64,000 bases of DNA. It comes from an uncultured delta proteobacterium (GTDB lineage: Bacteria > Myxococcota > Myxococcia > Myxococcales > Anaeromyxobacteraceae). The notes beneath the pieces were generated by a model that was not told the DNA's origin, did no database searches, and saw nothing but the letters and a program-made list of their open reading frames with translations. Below are positions 49,846 to 59,344 of this stretch, piece after piece; the first letter of the stretch is position 1; every line of letters begins with the position of its first letter. A program made the position numbers and the translations under genes. The stretch is from the NCBI GenBank assembly GCA_963845515.1, contig CAWJSR010000015.1, forward strand, positions 32,001 to 96,000, in the 5' to 3' direction.

Positions 49846-51783
49846 TCAACGCCTTGGCGGCCCGCGCGTTCCTCGCCGGGCCCAGGGCGGGCGGGCGCCG
49901 TCGCCCGCCATCCTGTTCCCGCCACCCATCCGCTTCCCGGGCGCGAGCCGGCCCGTGAGCCGCAGCGCCTTCTCGACGAGCACCCTGTTGTCCGGATCTC
50001 CCCAGCGGATGAGCGCCTTCTGCATCCGCTTCTCCTCCATGTCGTCGACGACCGCGACCGCCTTCCCGGTGATCGGATCGATCCCCGTCCAGTGCATGTC
50101 GGAGGCGAGCGTCATCGGCGTGGGCATGAAGTCCTGCACCTGCTGGGGCTTCCAGCGGTTCGCCTGCAGGTACTCCATGAGCTGCACCGCCTGCTCCAGC
50201 GTCGAGCCGGGGTGCGACGAGATGAAGTAGGGGACGAGGTACTGCTCCTTGCCCGCCTTCTTCGTGAGCCGGGCGAAGTCCTTCCGGAAGCGCTCGAAGC
50301 TCTCGAGCCCCGGCTTGCGCATGACCGCGAGGACGGGCGCGCAGACGTGCTCGGGCGCGACCTTCAGCTGCCCTGACACGTGGCTCGTGACGAGCGCCTC
50401 CAGGTAGCGCTCGCCGTTCTCCTCGTCCGCCTGGGCGAGGTCGTACCGGACGCCGGAGCCGACGAAGAGGTGCTTCACGCCCTTCACGGCCTTCGCGCGC
50501 GCGTAGAGCGCCACGAGCGGACCGTGATCGTGCGCGAAGTGGCGGCAGACGGCCGGGTGGATGCACGAGAGGCGGTGGCACCTGGCGTGGGCCTCGGCGT
50601 CGGTGCAGCCCATCTGCCACATGTTGGCCGTCGGCCCGCCGAGGTCGGTGACCGTGCCGCGGAACTTCTCCTGCGCGGCCATCGCCGCCAGCTCGCGCAG
50701 GATCGACGCCTCCGACCGGCTCGAGACGTCGCGCCCCTGGTGCTCGGTGATGCAGCAGAACGCGCAGCCGGCAGCGCAGCCGCGGACGATCTGGATCGAC
50801 CAGCGGATCTGCTCGAGCGCCGCGATGTGGGCGCCGGCGTATGACGGGTGGGCCTCTCGCAGGAAGGGCAGCTCGGCGACCCGATCCAGCTCCTCGGTCG
50901 TCGGGGGCGCCATGGGCTCGTTGACCACCACGAGCGTCCCTCCCGCGCGCCCGTGGCGCTGGACCAGCACCCGCGCGTTCTCCGCGTTCTGCTCCCGGCG
51001 GTAGAGCCTGGCGAACTCGGCGTAGCGCGGCTTGTCCTTCTCGACCTCCTCGAAGGAAGGCAGCTCGACGACACCGCGAGGGCGCCCCTCCAGCCCGGCG
51101 AGCGCGCGGTCGGAGACCGCGACCGCGGTGCCCGGGACGTCGACGAGCCCGCAGACGTCCTCACCCATCGAGAGCCGGCGGGCGATCTCCACGATCGGCT
51201 TCTCGCCCTGCCCGTAGACGAGGAGGTCCGCCCCGGACTGGACGAGGACCGAGGGCAGGATGCGGTCCTCCCAGTAGTCGTAGTGGGCCAGCCTGCGGAG
51301 CGACGCCTCGATCCCGCCCAGGACGATCGGCGTCGCGGGGCCAAAGGCCTCGCGGATCAACTTCGCGTAGGCGACCACCGCGCGGTCGGGACGCCTTCCG
51401 GCCGCGCCGCCCGGCGTGTAGGCGTCGTCGGACCGCCGGCGCTTGTGCGCCGTGTAGTGGTTGACCATCGAGTCCATCGCGCCGGCGGTGACGCCGACGA
51501 AGAGGCGCGGGCGGCCGAGCCGCGCGACGTCGCGGATGGAACGCCAATCCGGCTGGGCGATGATCCCGACCTTGAGCCCCTGCGCTTCCAGGACGCGGCC
51601 TATGACCGCGGCCCCGAAGGCCGGGTGATCGACGTACGCGTCGCCGGTCACGAGCAGGACGTCGAGCCCATCCCATCCGCGCGCGGCCACCTCCTCCGGA
51701 TACATGGGGAGGAACGGGCCGCGCGGGATCGGCGGGGCGGCGCGATTGCTGGACGTGGAGCGGGCCATCGAGGGCCCATACAT
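49846..51783 (-). CDS. YgiQ/UPF0313 family radical SAM protein
   Basis: FLPM, VTGDAYVDHP, DSMVNHYT, GGIEASLRR.AHYDYW, RGCAAGCAFC, DLGGPTANM and QVQDFMPTP motifs. Confidence 0.95.
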   Translation of the reverse strand: MYGPSMARSTSSNRAAPPIPRGPFLPMYPEEVAARGWDGLDVLLVTGDAYVDHPAFGAAVIGRVLEAQGLKVGIIAQPDWRSIRDVARLGRPRLFVGVTAGAMDSMVNHYTAHKRRRSDDAYTPGGAAGRRPDRAVVAYAKLIREAFGPATPIVLGGIEASLRRLAHYDYWEDRILPSVLVQSGADLLVYGQGEKPIVEIARRLSMGEDVCGLVDVPGTAVAVSDRALAGLEGRPRGVVELPSFEEVEKDKPRYAEFARLYRREQNAENARVLVQRHGRAGGTLVVVNEPMAPPTTEELDRVAELPFLREAHPSYAGAHIAALEQIRWSIQIVRGCAAGCAFCCITEHQGRDVSSRSEASILRELAAMAAQEKFRGTVTDLGGPTANMWQMGCTDAEAHARCHRLSCIHPAVCRHFAHDHGPLVALYARAKAVKGVKHLFVGSGVRYDLAQADEENGERYLEALVTSHVSGQLKVAPEHVCAPVLAVMRKPGLESFERFRKDFARLTKKAGKEQYLVPYFISSHPGSTLEQAVQLMEYLQANRWKPQQVQDFMPTPMTLASDMHWTGIDPITGKAVAVVDDMEEKRMQKALIRWGDPDNRVLVEKALRLTGRLAPGKRMGGGNRMAGDGARPPWARRGTRGPPRR

Positions 51784-51820
51784 GGCCGCCGCGCCTCACG
51801 AAATCAAGGCGGCGACACCT

Positions 51821-51848
51821 TTGGCAACCCGGCGCTTGGGGGTATCAT
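51821..51848 (+). promoter_or_regulatory. Putative sigma-70 promoter TTGGCA-N16-TATCAT
   Basis: Upstream of the 51902 ATG. Confidence 0.45.
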
Positions 51849-51901
51849 TTGTTTCCGCGGAAGGGAGCCGCCCGGCGCCCGCCCTGCACGGAAGGACTTT
51901 C

Positions 51902-54085
51902 ATGGCGGATCAGCGCAGCGTGATGAAGGAGTACCGCCTCCTCGAACAGAAGCGGCAGGCCGGCCCTCTCACGCCGCAGGACGAGGCGCGGCTTGCACAG
52001 CTGCGCGACCTCGTGGGCCCTGAGCTGGGCGCCGGCGCGTCGAAGCCAGGCTTCGACGTGAACGCCGCCGCCGCGCGACTCCGCGAGTCACTCCTCCCCG
52101 CCGGCCTTCGAAACCGCCCGGCATCGATGGAGGCCCCTCCGCCGCCCGAGCCGCAGCCACCGGAGCCGGACGCTGCGCCAGGGGAGACCGGCCTGGAAGC
52201 CGTATGGAATGCTGCCCCCTTCGCGTCGCTCAGCGAGCCCCCTGCGATGACCGAGGACTCCCTCTTCGATCCGGAGTCCCTGGGGCTGGACACTCCGCTG
52301 GACGCTCCTTCCGCAGACGCCGGCTGGGATCCCAATGCGCAGCCTTACGACGCGAGCGCACAGGGATGGGACCCCAACGCCGCCGTCTACGACCCGAACT
52401 CCCAGCCGTACGACGCGAACGCGCCTTACGACCCCAACGCCCCGTACGACCCGAACGCTCAGCCTTACGATCCGAACGCCCAGCCCTACGACGCGAACGC
52501 GCCTTACGACCCCAACGCCCCCGCCTACGACCCGTACGCTCAGCCTTACGATCCGAACGTCCAGCCCTACGACGCGAACGCGCCTTACGACCCCAACGCC
52601 CCCGTCTACGACCCGAACGCTCAGCCTTACGATCCGAACGCCCAGCCCTACGACGCAAACGCGCCTTACGACCCCAACGCCCCGTACGACCCGAACGCTC
52701 AGCCTTACGATCCGAACGCCCAGCCCTACGACGCGAACGCGCCTTACGACCCCAACGCCCCCGTCTACGACCCGAATGCTCAGCCTTACGGCGCCGATGC
52801 AGGGCAGTGGGATCCGAACGCTTCGCCCCAGTGGGACGCTGCGACCCAGCCGGCGTGGGACGCCAACCTGGCCGCTCCATGGGGCGAAGAGCCGGTAGCA
52901 GACGCGGCCGCCGCGGCGGAATCCCTCGCGCCGGTTCAGCCGGCCGAGCCCACCGAGGAAGGGTGGGACGTCGGCGCCGAAGTCACTCCAGCGGAGCCGG
53001 AGACTGAGGCGGGGCTCGACCAGCCGCCCGATGCGGCGCTCGACGCCGGATGGGTCGAGCCTGAGGAGGCGCTGGTGCCGTCGCAACCGGAGCCGCCGGC
53101 CGAGCCAGCGGCCGAGTCGCCTCCCGAGGAGCTGCTCCCGTTCGACGCCGGCGCGGCTTCCGAGGTCGAGCCCGAAGCAGCCCCCGAGGGCTGGGGCGCG
53201 GAGCCGGAGCCACAGTCGGAGGACATCCCCCTCGACGACGACCTCCTGGAGCCGTCGCACGAGCCCGCGGCGCCTGGCAGCTACGGGGATCTCTCCCCAG
53301 AGGTGCCCACCCAGGTCGACGCGCTGCCGGCCGAGGACGCGCAGCACCTGCTTGCGCCGCTCGGTGCGGGGCAGGAGCTGACCAGCGACGACGACGCGCT
53401 CGCGCAGGGCTTCCAGCTCGAGTCGAACGGGTCGTTCGGCAAGACGTCCGCCGCGGCCGCGCCGACCTGGGATGCGGAGCAGCCGGCGGAGGAGAGCGAG
53501 CCCTGGGAGAGCGCGGCAGCGATGGACGTGGGCACGATGACCCCCGGAGGCTCCGCGGTCCCACCGCCGGAGCTCGCGCCGCCTCCACTCGAGGAGCCGC
53601 TCGACGAGCTCGAAGTCGAGGAGTTCCCGATCGTCGAGGGGTCGGACCTGCTGGAGGAGATCTCTCCCGATCCGCTCGACGGGCTCGCGCCGCCACCGTC
53701 CACCTCGGCGCCCACGCGCGTCGAGGGTGTTCGGCGCGTGGTCGTCCACACCGTCGAGGGGCTCGTGAAGCGGGGCGTCATCACCGACGCGACGCTCGAC
53801 GCGGGCGTGCTCGCGCTCGCTCAGGAGCCCGGCGGCGCGCCCGAGCAGCTCGCGACCGCCAAGGTGAAGGCGATCTTCTTCATGCTGGCGCCGGGGGAGA
53901 CGGCGCCATTGCCCGAGGGGAAGAGGGTCCGCGTGGCCTTCATCGACGGCCGGCAGATCGCCGGCTTCTCCCCCGACTACTCGGACGCAGGCGCTGGCTT
54001 CTTCATGATCCCCGCCGACACGCGGACCAACACCGGCCGGATCTGGGTCTACCGCTCCGCGGTGAAGTCCGTCTCGGTGAGCTAG
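51902..54085 (+). CDS. Acidic low-complexity protein with YDPNA(Q)P repeats and a C-terminal DUF6982-like domain
   Basis: AAGGA RBS; 727 aa; C-terminal RVVVHTVEG..KRG...VKAIFF...RVRVAF.DGR.IAG. Confidence 0.85.
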   Translation: MADQRSVMKEYRLLEQKRQAGPLTPQDEARLAQLRDLVGPELGAGASKPGFDVNAAAARLRESLLPAGLRNRPASMEAPPPPEPQPPEPDAAPGETGLEAVWNAAPFASLSEPPAMTEDSLFDPESLGLDTPLDAPSADAGWDPNAQPYDASAQGWDPNAAVYDPNSQPYDANAPYDPNAPYDPNAQPYDPNAQPYDANAPYDPNAPAYDPYAQPYDPNVQPYDANAPYDPNAPVYDPNAQPYDPNAQPYDANAPYDPNAPYDPNAQPYDPNAQPYDANAPYDPNAPVYDPNAQPYGADAGQWDPNASPQWDAATQPAWDANLAAPWGEEPVADAAAAAESLAPVQPAEPTEEGWDVGAEVTPAEPETEAGLDQPPDAALDAGWVEPEEALVPSQPEPPAEPAAESPPEELLPFDAGAASEVEPEAAPEGWGAEPEPQSEDIPLDDDLLEPSHEPAAPGSYGDLSPEVPTQVDALPAEDAQHLLAPLGAGQELTSDDDALAQGFQLESNGSFGKTSAAAAPTWDAEQPAEESEPWESAAAMDVGTMTPGGSAVPPPELAPPPLEEPLDELEVEEFPIVEGSDLLEEISPDPLDGLAPPPSTSAPTRVEGVRRVVVHTVEGLVKRGVITDATLDAGVLALAQEPGGAPEQLATAKVKAIFFMLAPGETAPLPEGKRVRVAFIDGRQIAGFSPDYSDAGAGFFMIPADTRTNTGRIWVYRSAVKSVSVS
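52325..52790 (+). repeat. Coding tandem repeat (18/21-bp units, ~78-81-bp higher-order unit)
   Basis: About 21 YD-containing units. The higher-order unit YDANAP-YDPNAP(x)-YDPNAQP-YDPNAQP occurs about 4.75 times from 52409. Confidence 0.92.
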
Positions 54086-54205
54086 AGGCGCGCGTCCCGG
54101 CCGATCTCGGGCGGGCTCCTCCCTGCGCTGCTCGGCGTACGAAGAAGTACGCCTGCGCTGCTCCGTCGTTCGCGCGCCCGACCTCGGCTCGGCTTGCGCG
54201 CCTCT
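54084..54205. repeat. ~120-nt imperfect inverted-repeat element between convergent genes
   Basis: agaggcgcgc/gcgcgcctct, gccga/tcggc and tcgggcg/cgcccga stems, with an apical ggcgtac-gaagaa-gtacgcc. Confidence 0.7.
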
Positions 54206-54223
54206 CGGGGAAAGGGTCGCCCG

Positions 54224-54949
54224 TTAGTTCATCCAGCGCGGCTTGTCGTCGTCGCGCGGCACGGGGCGCAGGTGGCTCGAGCGGCGCTTGAGGCGGGACG
54301 CGTACCAGCCCTGCTTCGCCCGCAGCCAGGTGCGCCGCGGCGTCAGGCCGGCGTTCATCAGGAGCGCGAGGGCGAGCGCGGCGAGGTGGGGGACGTACTC
54401 GCCGACGCCGGCGGGGGCGGAGAGCGCGAAGAGGACCGTCCCGCCGACGATCAGCCACGCGAAGACCTTGCCCGTCATCGGGACGATCCCGAAGAGGTTG
54501 ATCTGCGCCCCCGGGCGCGACAGGGCCCAGAGCACGAGCAGCGCGTTCACCACCGGCCACGCGCCGACGTGGTTCCGGTCGGCGCCGGCGAAGGTCAACG
54601 CCAGGAGCGCGGTCCAGGCGGCGGCCCAGGCGGCGCAGCCGAAGAAGACCTTCAGGAACTTCCGCTCGCTCCACGTGTTGGCGAGATCGCGCCCCAGCCA
54701 GTGGAGCACGAAGCCGGCGAAGAGGAGCGAGAGCGGGTCTCCCTGCGGGAACACCCAGGTCACGAGCCGCCAGATCTGACCGCTGAAGATCAGGGGGCCG
54801 TCGATGCTGAGCAGCTGCCAGAGTCCTGGCGACAGCATCGTCGCCACCGTGACCAGCAGCATCGCCGCGAGGAGTCCGCCCACGCTCGCCGGCACGGTCT
54901 CCCCGAGCGTGACGATCCGGCGGAGGTCGAGCCGTGGCTTACGTGCCAT
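54224..54949 (-). CDS. Rhomboid-like membrane protein
   Basis: GQIWRLVTW.F, WLGRDL..TW..RKFL and PHL motifs; multiple TM segments. Confidence 0.75.
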   Translation of the reverse strand: MARKPRLDLRRIVTLGETVPASVGGLLAAMLLVTVATMLSPGLWQLLSIDGPLIFSGQIWRLVTWVFPQGDPLSLLFAGFVLHWLGRDLANTWSERKFLKVFFGCAAWAAAWTALLALTFAGADRNHVGAWPVVNALLVLWALSRPGAQINLFGIVPMTGKVFAWLIVGGTVLFALSAPAGVGEYVPHLAALALALLMNAGLTPRRTWLRAKQGWYASRLKRRSSHLRPVPRDDDKPRWMN

Positions 54950-54950
54950 G

Positions 54951-55154
54951 CTAGACGCCGCTCCGATCCCGGTAGAAGAGCGTGATGGAGAGGCAGTGGA
55001 ACTGGCGGTCGGAGCTCTGCCGGACCTGCTTCTCGACGATCTCAAGCTCCGGGTGAGCCGTGATCCAGCGGGTGATGGTCTCCCCGAGCACCTCGCGATC
55101 CCGCGCGAGGGTCGTGGTGAACACCTTCACGCCGGTTGCCTGTTCGGTCCCCAT
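54951..55154 (-). CDS. Small hypothetical protein
   Basis: GVKVF.TT.ARDRE.LGE.IT.W and QSSD..FHCLSITLFY; GGAGG RBS. Confidence 0.8.
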   Translation of the reverse strand: MGTEQATGVKVFTTTLARDREVLGETITRWITAHPELEIVEKQVRQSSDRQFHCLSITLFYRDRSGV

Positions 55155-55221
55155 TCACATCCCTCCGTACACGGGACCGTAACCCCGGCCTGCTGCCACG
55201 GCAAGCAGGTGCCGCAACCCG

Positions 55222-55875
55222 CTACTCGAGCACCCCGAGGCCGCGCAGCAGCTGCCTCAGCGACGTCACGAGCAGCAGCAGCGCGAGCGCGGCGTTGAGC
55301 AGGCTCATGAGGGCGGGCCTGCGCAGCTCGGCCGCGCCGATCCCCGCGTAGAAGCGCCGGGCGAGCGCGATGCGCGCGTCGAGGTCGCCGATGGGCGGTG
55401 GCGCGCCGTGCGCGGCCGCCAGCGGCTCCACCGCCTTCCGGTGCGCGGCGAGCGCGCCCTCGAGCGCGGCCCCGGCGATCCCGCCGACGCGGCCGCTCCT
55501 GGTCTCGACCACCGCGCGACGGAAGTTGGACGTCCCGACGACGAAGCCGTCGGCGAAGGCCGTGAGGAAGCTGACCACGGCCTCCCTGCCGCCCACCGGG
55601 TAGGCGTCGGCGCAGGTGCCGTCGGGGTGCGACCAGGCGTCGACCTTCATGTCGAGGCCGCCGAGCGGGCCGCGCTCGCGACGGAGCCCGAGGCGGCGGA
55701 AGCCGAGCCGCTCCAGGAGCTCGCCCGCCGCCAGCTGCCCGCTCGCCCGCGAGGGTGCCTCGGGGTCGCCCGAGATCCGGACCGAGCGCGGGGCGAGGAA
55801 GAGGACCGCCCGCGGGCCGTGGCGGACGAGCATGACCAGCGTGAAGATCGCTACCAGTGCGTTGAGTAGGAGCAT
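55222..55875 (-). CDS. Hypothetical membrane protein
   Basis: TM segments at both termini; codon bias. Confidence 0.7.
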   Translation of the reverse strand: MLLLNALVAIFTLVMLVRHGPRAVLFLAPRSVRISGDPEAPSRASGQLAAGELLERLGFRRLGLRRERGPLGGLDMKVDAWSHPDGTCADAYPVGGREAVVSFLTAFADGFVVGTSNFRRAVVETRSGRVGGIAGAALEGALAAHRKAVEPLAAAHGAPPPIGDLDARIALARRFYAGIGAAELRRPALMSLLNAALALLLLVTSLRQLLRGLGVLE

Positions 55876-55929
55876 CTGGGATTCCGTGGCGTTGCCGCGC
55901 GAGCGTCGGCGCCCGCGAGGACGGTGCTG

Positions 55930-56721
55930 CTAGGCCTTGGCGAGGGCGTCGGCGCCGCCCGGCTTCTTGCCGAGGATCCGCGCGGCGATCACGCCGATCT
56001 CGTAGAAGACGATCATCGGCACGGCCATCATGGCGAGGTTCAGCGGGTCGCCGGTCGGGGTGATGATGGCCGCCACCAGGACGTTGACGATGATCGCCAG
56101 CCGGCGGTGCCTGGCGAGCGTGTCGGCCGAGACGAGCCCGATCATCGAGAGGAAGGCGATGACGACCGGCAGCTCGAAGACGATGCCGAAGCCGAGGAGC
56201 ATCGCGAGCACCAGGGACAGGGTCTCGCTCATCGTGAGCATCGGCCGGAGGGACGCGTCGTTGGCGATCGCGGCCATGGCCGGGAAGGCCGCCGGCATCA
56301 CGAGGAAGTAGCAGAACGCCGCGCCGGCGTAGAAGAGGACCGTCCCGAAGGCCAGGAACGGGATCACCACCTTCTTCTCCCGCTTGTAGAGCCCGGGCGC
56401 GATGAAGAGCCAGAGCTGGAGGAGCACCCACGGGACGGCCAGGAAGATGCCGCCGTAGAGCGCCACCTTCAGGTAGACCATCAGCGGCTCGACGTAGCTC
56501 GTGTACTGGAGCGTCTGCTGCTCCTTCGGCAGGGACGCCAGCACCGGGTCCATCAGCAGGTGGAAGATGCGCTCGACGAAGAGCCCGAGCGCGAGCATGC
56601 CGAGCGCCACCCCGTAGAGCGCGTGCGACAGCCGCTTCCTCAGCTCACGCAGGTGGTCCATGAAGGTGAGCTGGACCTCGCCCTCCGGCGCGGCAGGGGG
56701 CGGCGACGTGACGGGGCTCAA
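55930..56721 (-). CDS. tatC: Twin-arginine translocase subunit TatC
   Basis: HLRELRKRL, QLWLFIAPGLYKRE, FELP and ITPTGDP motifs. Confidence 0.95.
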   Translation of the reverse strand: MSPVTSPPPAAPEGEVQLTFMDHLRELRKRLSHALYGVALGMLALGLFVERIFHLLMDPVLASLPKEQQTLQYTSYVEPLMVYLKVALYGGIFLAVPWVLLQLWLFIAPGLYKREKKVVIPFLAFGTVLFYAGAAFCYFLVMPAAFPAMAAIANDASLRPMLTMSETLSLVLAMLLGFGIVFELPVVIAFLSMIGLVSADTLARHRRLAIIVNVLVAAIITPTGDPLNLAMMAVPMIVFYEIGVIAARILGKKPGGADALAKA

Positions 56722-57092
56722 GGCTTCGCGCTCCCGGGGACCGGGGGCTCCTCCGCGGCAGGGGGGGGCGGCTCGACGAGCGCGGCCTCCAGCCCCGGGA
56801 CGTTCTCGGCGGCGGCGGCCGGCGGAGGACCCCGCTGCGGCAGCGGCGCGGCCGGCTTGTCGAGCGAGGCCTCGGCGATCGCACCCGACAGCGCGCCGGT
56901 GACGGTGCGCTTCACCTCGTCGACGACGGTCAGCTCGTTGCCCAGCTGGTCCTTGAGGTCGTCGGTCGCCTTGCGGAGCTCCCTGAGCCCCTTGGCGAGC
57001 GTCTTGGCGGCGTCTGGCAGCCGGTCCGGCCCCAGCAGCAGCAGGGCCAGGATCGCGATGATGGCTAGCTCGCCGAAGGAGAGGCCGAACAC
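56718..57092 (-). CDS. tatB: Twin-arginine translocase subunit TatB (TatA/B family)
   Basis: MFGLSFGEL..I..LALLLLGPDRLP. Confidence 0.88.
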   Translation of the reverse strand: MFGLSFGELAIIAILALLLLGPDRLPDAAKTLAKGLRELRKATDDLKDQLGNELTVVDEVKRTVTGALSGAIAEASLDKPAAPLPQRGPPPAAAAENVPGLEAALVEPPPPAAEEPPVPGSAKP

Positions 57093-57127
57093 GCGAACAC
57101 CTCTATCACGCGCCCGGGGGCGTTACC

Positions 57128-59221
57128 TCACCCCTGGACCTTGAAGCGCTTCACCTCGCCGCCCAGGGTGTCGGCCTTGGTGGCCAGGTCGGTGATGGCG
57201 GCCTCCAGGTCCCGGATCGAGCGGGACTGCGCCTCCGCGACCTGCTTGATCTGCACGACGGCCCCCATCACCTGCTCGGACCCCCGCGTCTGCTCCTTCT
57301 GGGCGCGGTTGAGGTGGTGGACCATCTCCGAGATCGACTCGATGGCGCGGGTGATCTGCTTGGAGCCGCGCGCCTGCTCCTGCGACGAGCGCTCGACGTG
57401 CTTGGTGATCGACTTCATCTTCTCCGAGCTCTTCATGATCTGCTCGGAGCCGCGGGCCTGCTCCGCCGTCGCCGACGCGATCTGCTGGACCGCCTCGGCG
57501 ATCCGGTTGATGGCCATCGTCACCTGCTTGGAGCCGCGCGCCTGCTCGATCGTCGCCCTGGCGATCGCCTTCACCATCTGCGTCGACTTCTGCGACGACT
57601 CCTGGATCTTCATCAGGGCCGACTCGGCCTCCTGGCCCAGCCGGACCCCCTCCTCGACGCTGCGGACGCCGCGGTCCATCGCCTGGATGGCGTTGCGCGA
57701 CTGGTCCTGCACGGCCCGCACGAGGTCGGAGATCTCCTTGGTCGAGGCGCCGGTGCGCTCGGCGAGGTCCTTGATCTCGTCGGCGACGACCGCGAAGCCC
57801 TTGCCGTGCTCGCCGGACTGCGCCGCGAGGATGGCGGCGTTGAGGGCGAGGAGGTTCGTCTGCTCCGCCACGTCGTCGATCACGTTCAGGATGTTCCCGA
57901 TGGCCGAGATCTTCTTGCCGAGCGCCTCGATGACGTTGGCCGCCTCGCGCGAGGACTCCTTGATCTTGTCGATGCCGACCAGCGTGCGGGAGATGGACTC
58001 GGCCCCGACCTCGGCGTCGCGCTGTGCCTGCTCGGACAGGCGCGCCGTCTCGTTGGCGTTGGTCTCGACCTGGCCGATGGAGACGTCCATCTCGTTCATC
58101 GAGGAGCTGGTCTCCTCGGTCGTCGCGGAGAGGTCCTCGATGTTCTTGGCCACCTCCTTGATCGAGTAGGTCATCTCCTCGATCGCCGCGGTGGTCTCCT
58201 CGACGCTCGCCGAGAGTCCCTGGATGTTCTCGGCGACCTCGTCGTTCGTGGCGGCCATCTCGAGGATCGAGGAGGAGGACTCCTCCGCGCTCTGCGCGAG
58301 CACCTCCACGTTGTCGGCGATCCCCTTGAGGCTGGCGATCATCTCGCCCATCGAGGCGGAGGTCTCGGTGACGCTCGCCATCACGGTCTGCGTGCCCTGC
58401 GTCACCGCCGCGCTGGTCCGGGAGACCCCGTCGATGACGGTGCGGACGCCGCCGGTCACGATCTGGACGCGCGAGAGCGTGACGGTCAGGTTCTCGCCGA
58501 TCCTGTTGAGCGAGTCGGCCATCATCCCCAGCTCGTCGTCTCCATGCTTGCGCGCCCGCGCCGTCAGGTCGCAGTCGGAGACGCGCTGGGCGACCGCGGT
58601 CATCTCCTGGAGCGGCTTGAGGACGACGTGCGACGCGAGCAGGTAGACGACGATCGCGAGCGCCGTGGCCCCGACCAGCATGAGGAGGCCGATGATGATC
58701 CGGAACTGTCGCATGTCGTCCCGGAGGTCGTTCCCCGAGACGCCCATCAGGACCCAGCCGGCGCTCCTCTCCCGCAGGGTCCCGTCCGGCTGCGGGATCT
58801 TGACCATGATCTCGCGGCTGAAGCAGAAGTCGCCGTCGTGCTCGAAGGAAGGGGCGAAGCTCTGCCCCGAGTGGACGGACAGCGCCGCCTCGGGCGTGCC
58901 CGCCCACCCGCGCCCGAGCCGCCGCGCCGCGATCGAGAGGTCGGGGCGGAGGACGAGCACGTAGGTGTCGTGCTCCTCGTTGAACATCTCGTCGAGCTCG
59001 GCGACGAGGTGCGCCTCGCTCCCTCCCAGCGCGAAGGTGCTCAGGCGGGAGGCCATCACGCGCGCGTCGCTCTCGCCGGCGTGCACGATCGCCTCGGTGA
59101 GTGCGCGCCGGACGACGACGTCGAGGGAGAGGCCGGTCAGGGTCCCGCCCAGGAGCAGCAGGACGGCGATTCCAAGCACCAGGGCCCGCTTGATTCCCAG
59201 CTTCTCGATCCAACTGAGCAT
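57128..59221 (-). CDS. Methyl-accepting chemotaxis protein with extended signalling domain
   Basis: Two TM segments, HAMP (DELG) and [26 protein letters not shown]. Confidence 0.95.
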   Translation of the reverse strand: MLSWIEKLGIKRALVLGIAVLLLLGGTLTGLSLDVVVRRALTEAIVHAGESDARVMASRLSTFALGGSEAHLVAELDEMFNEEHDTYVLVLRPDLSIAARRLGRGWAGTPEAALSVHSGQSFAPSFEHDGDFCFSREIMVKIPQPDGTLRERSAGWVLMGVSGNDLRDDMRQFRIIIGLLMLVGATALAIVVYLLASHVVLKPLQEMTAVAQRVSDCDLTARARKHGDDELGMMADSLNRIGENLTVTLSRVQIVTGGVRTVIDGVSRTSAAVTQGTQTVMASVTETSASMGEMIASLKGIADNVEVLAQSAEESSSSILEMAATNDEVAENIQGLSASVEETTAAIEEMTYSIKEVAKNIEDLSATTEETSSSMNEMDVSIGQVETNANETARLSEQAQRDAEVGAESISRTLVGIDKIKESSREAANVIEALGKKISAIGNILNVIDDVAEQTNLLALNAAILAAQSGEHGKGFAVVADEIKDLAERTGASTKEISDLVRAVQDQSRNAIQAMDRGVRSVEEGVRLGQEAESALMKIQESSQKSTQMVKAIARATIEQARGSKQVTMAINRIAEAVQQIASATAEQARGSEQIMKSSEKMKSITKHVERSSQEQARGSKQITRAIESISEMVHHLNRAQKEQTRGSEQVMGAVVQIKQVAEAQSRSIRDLEAAITDLATKADTLGGEVKRFKVQG

Positions 59222-59344
59222 CGCGTTCCGCCGGCTCGGGGGATGGGCGGCGGGTGAAACGGCCGCAGTTCCAAGCGTTTTCGGATGCTACCGGGGGCCC
59301 CGTAGGGGGTCAAGGAAGCGGCGACCGCGGAGGGGCTACAGCCG

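Noticed and set aside
52325..52790. Possible CRISPR array
   Set aside because: Tandem in-frame coding repeats without unique spacers; no cas genes.
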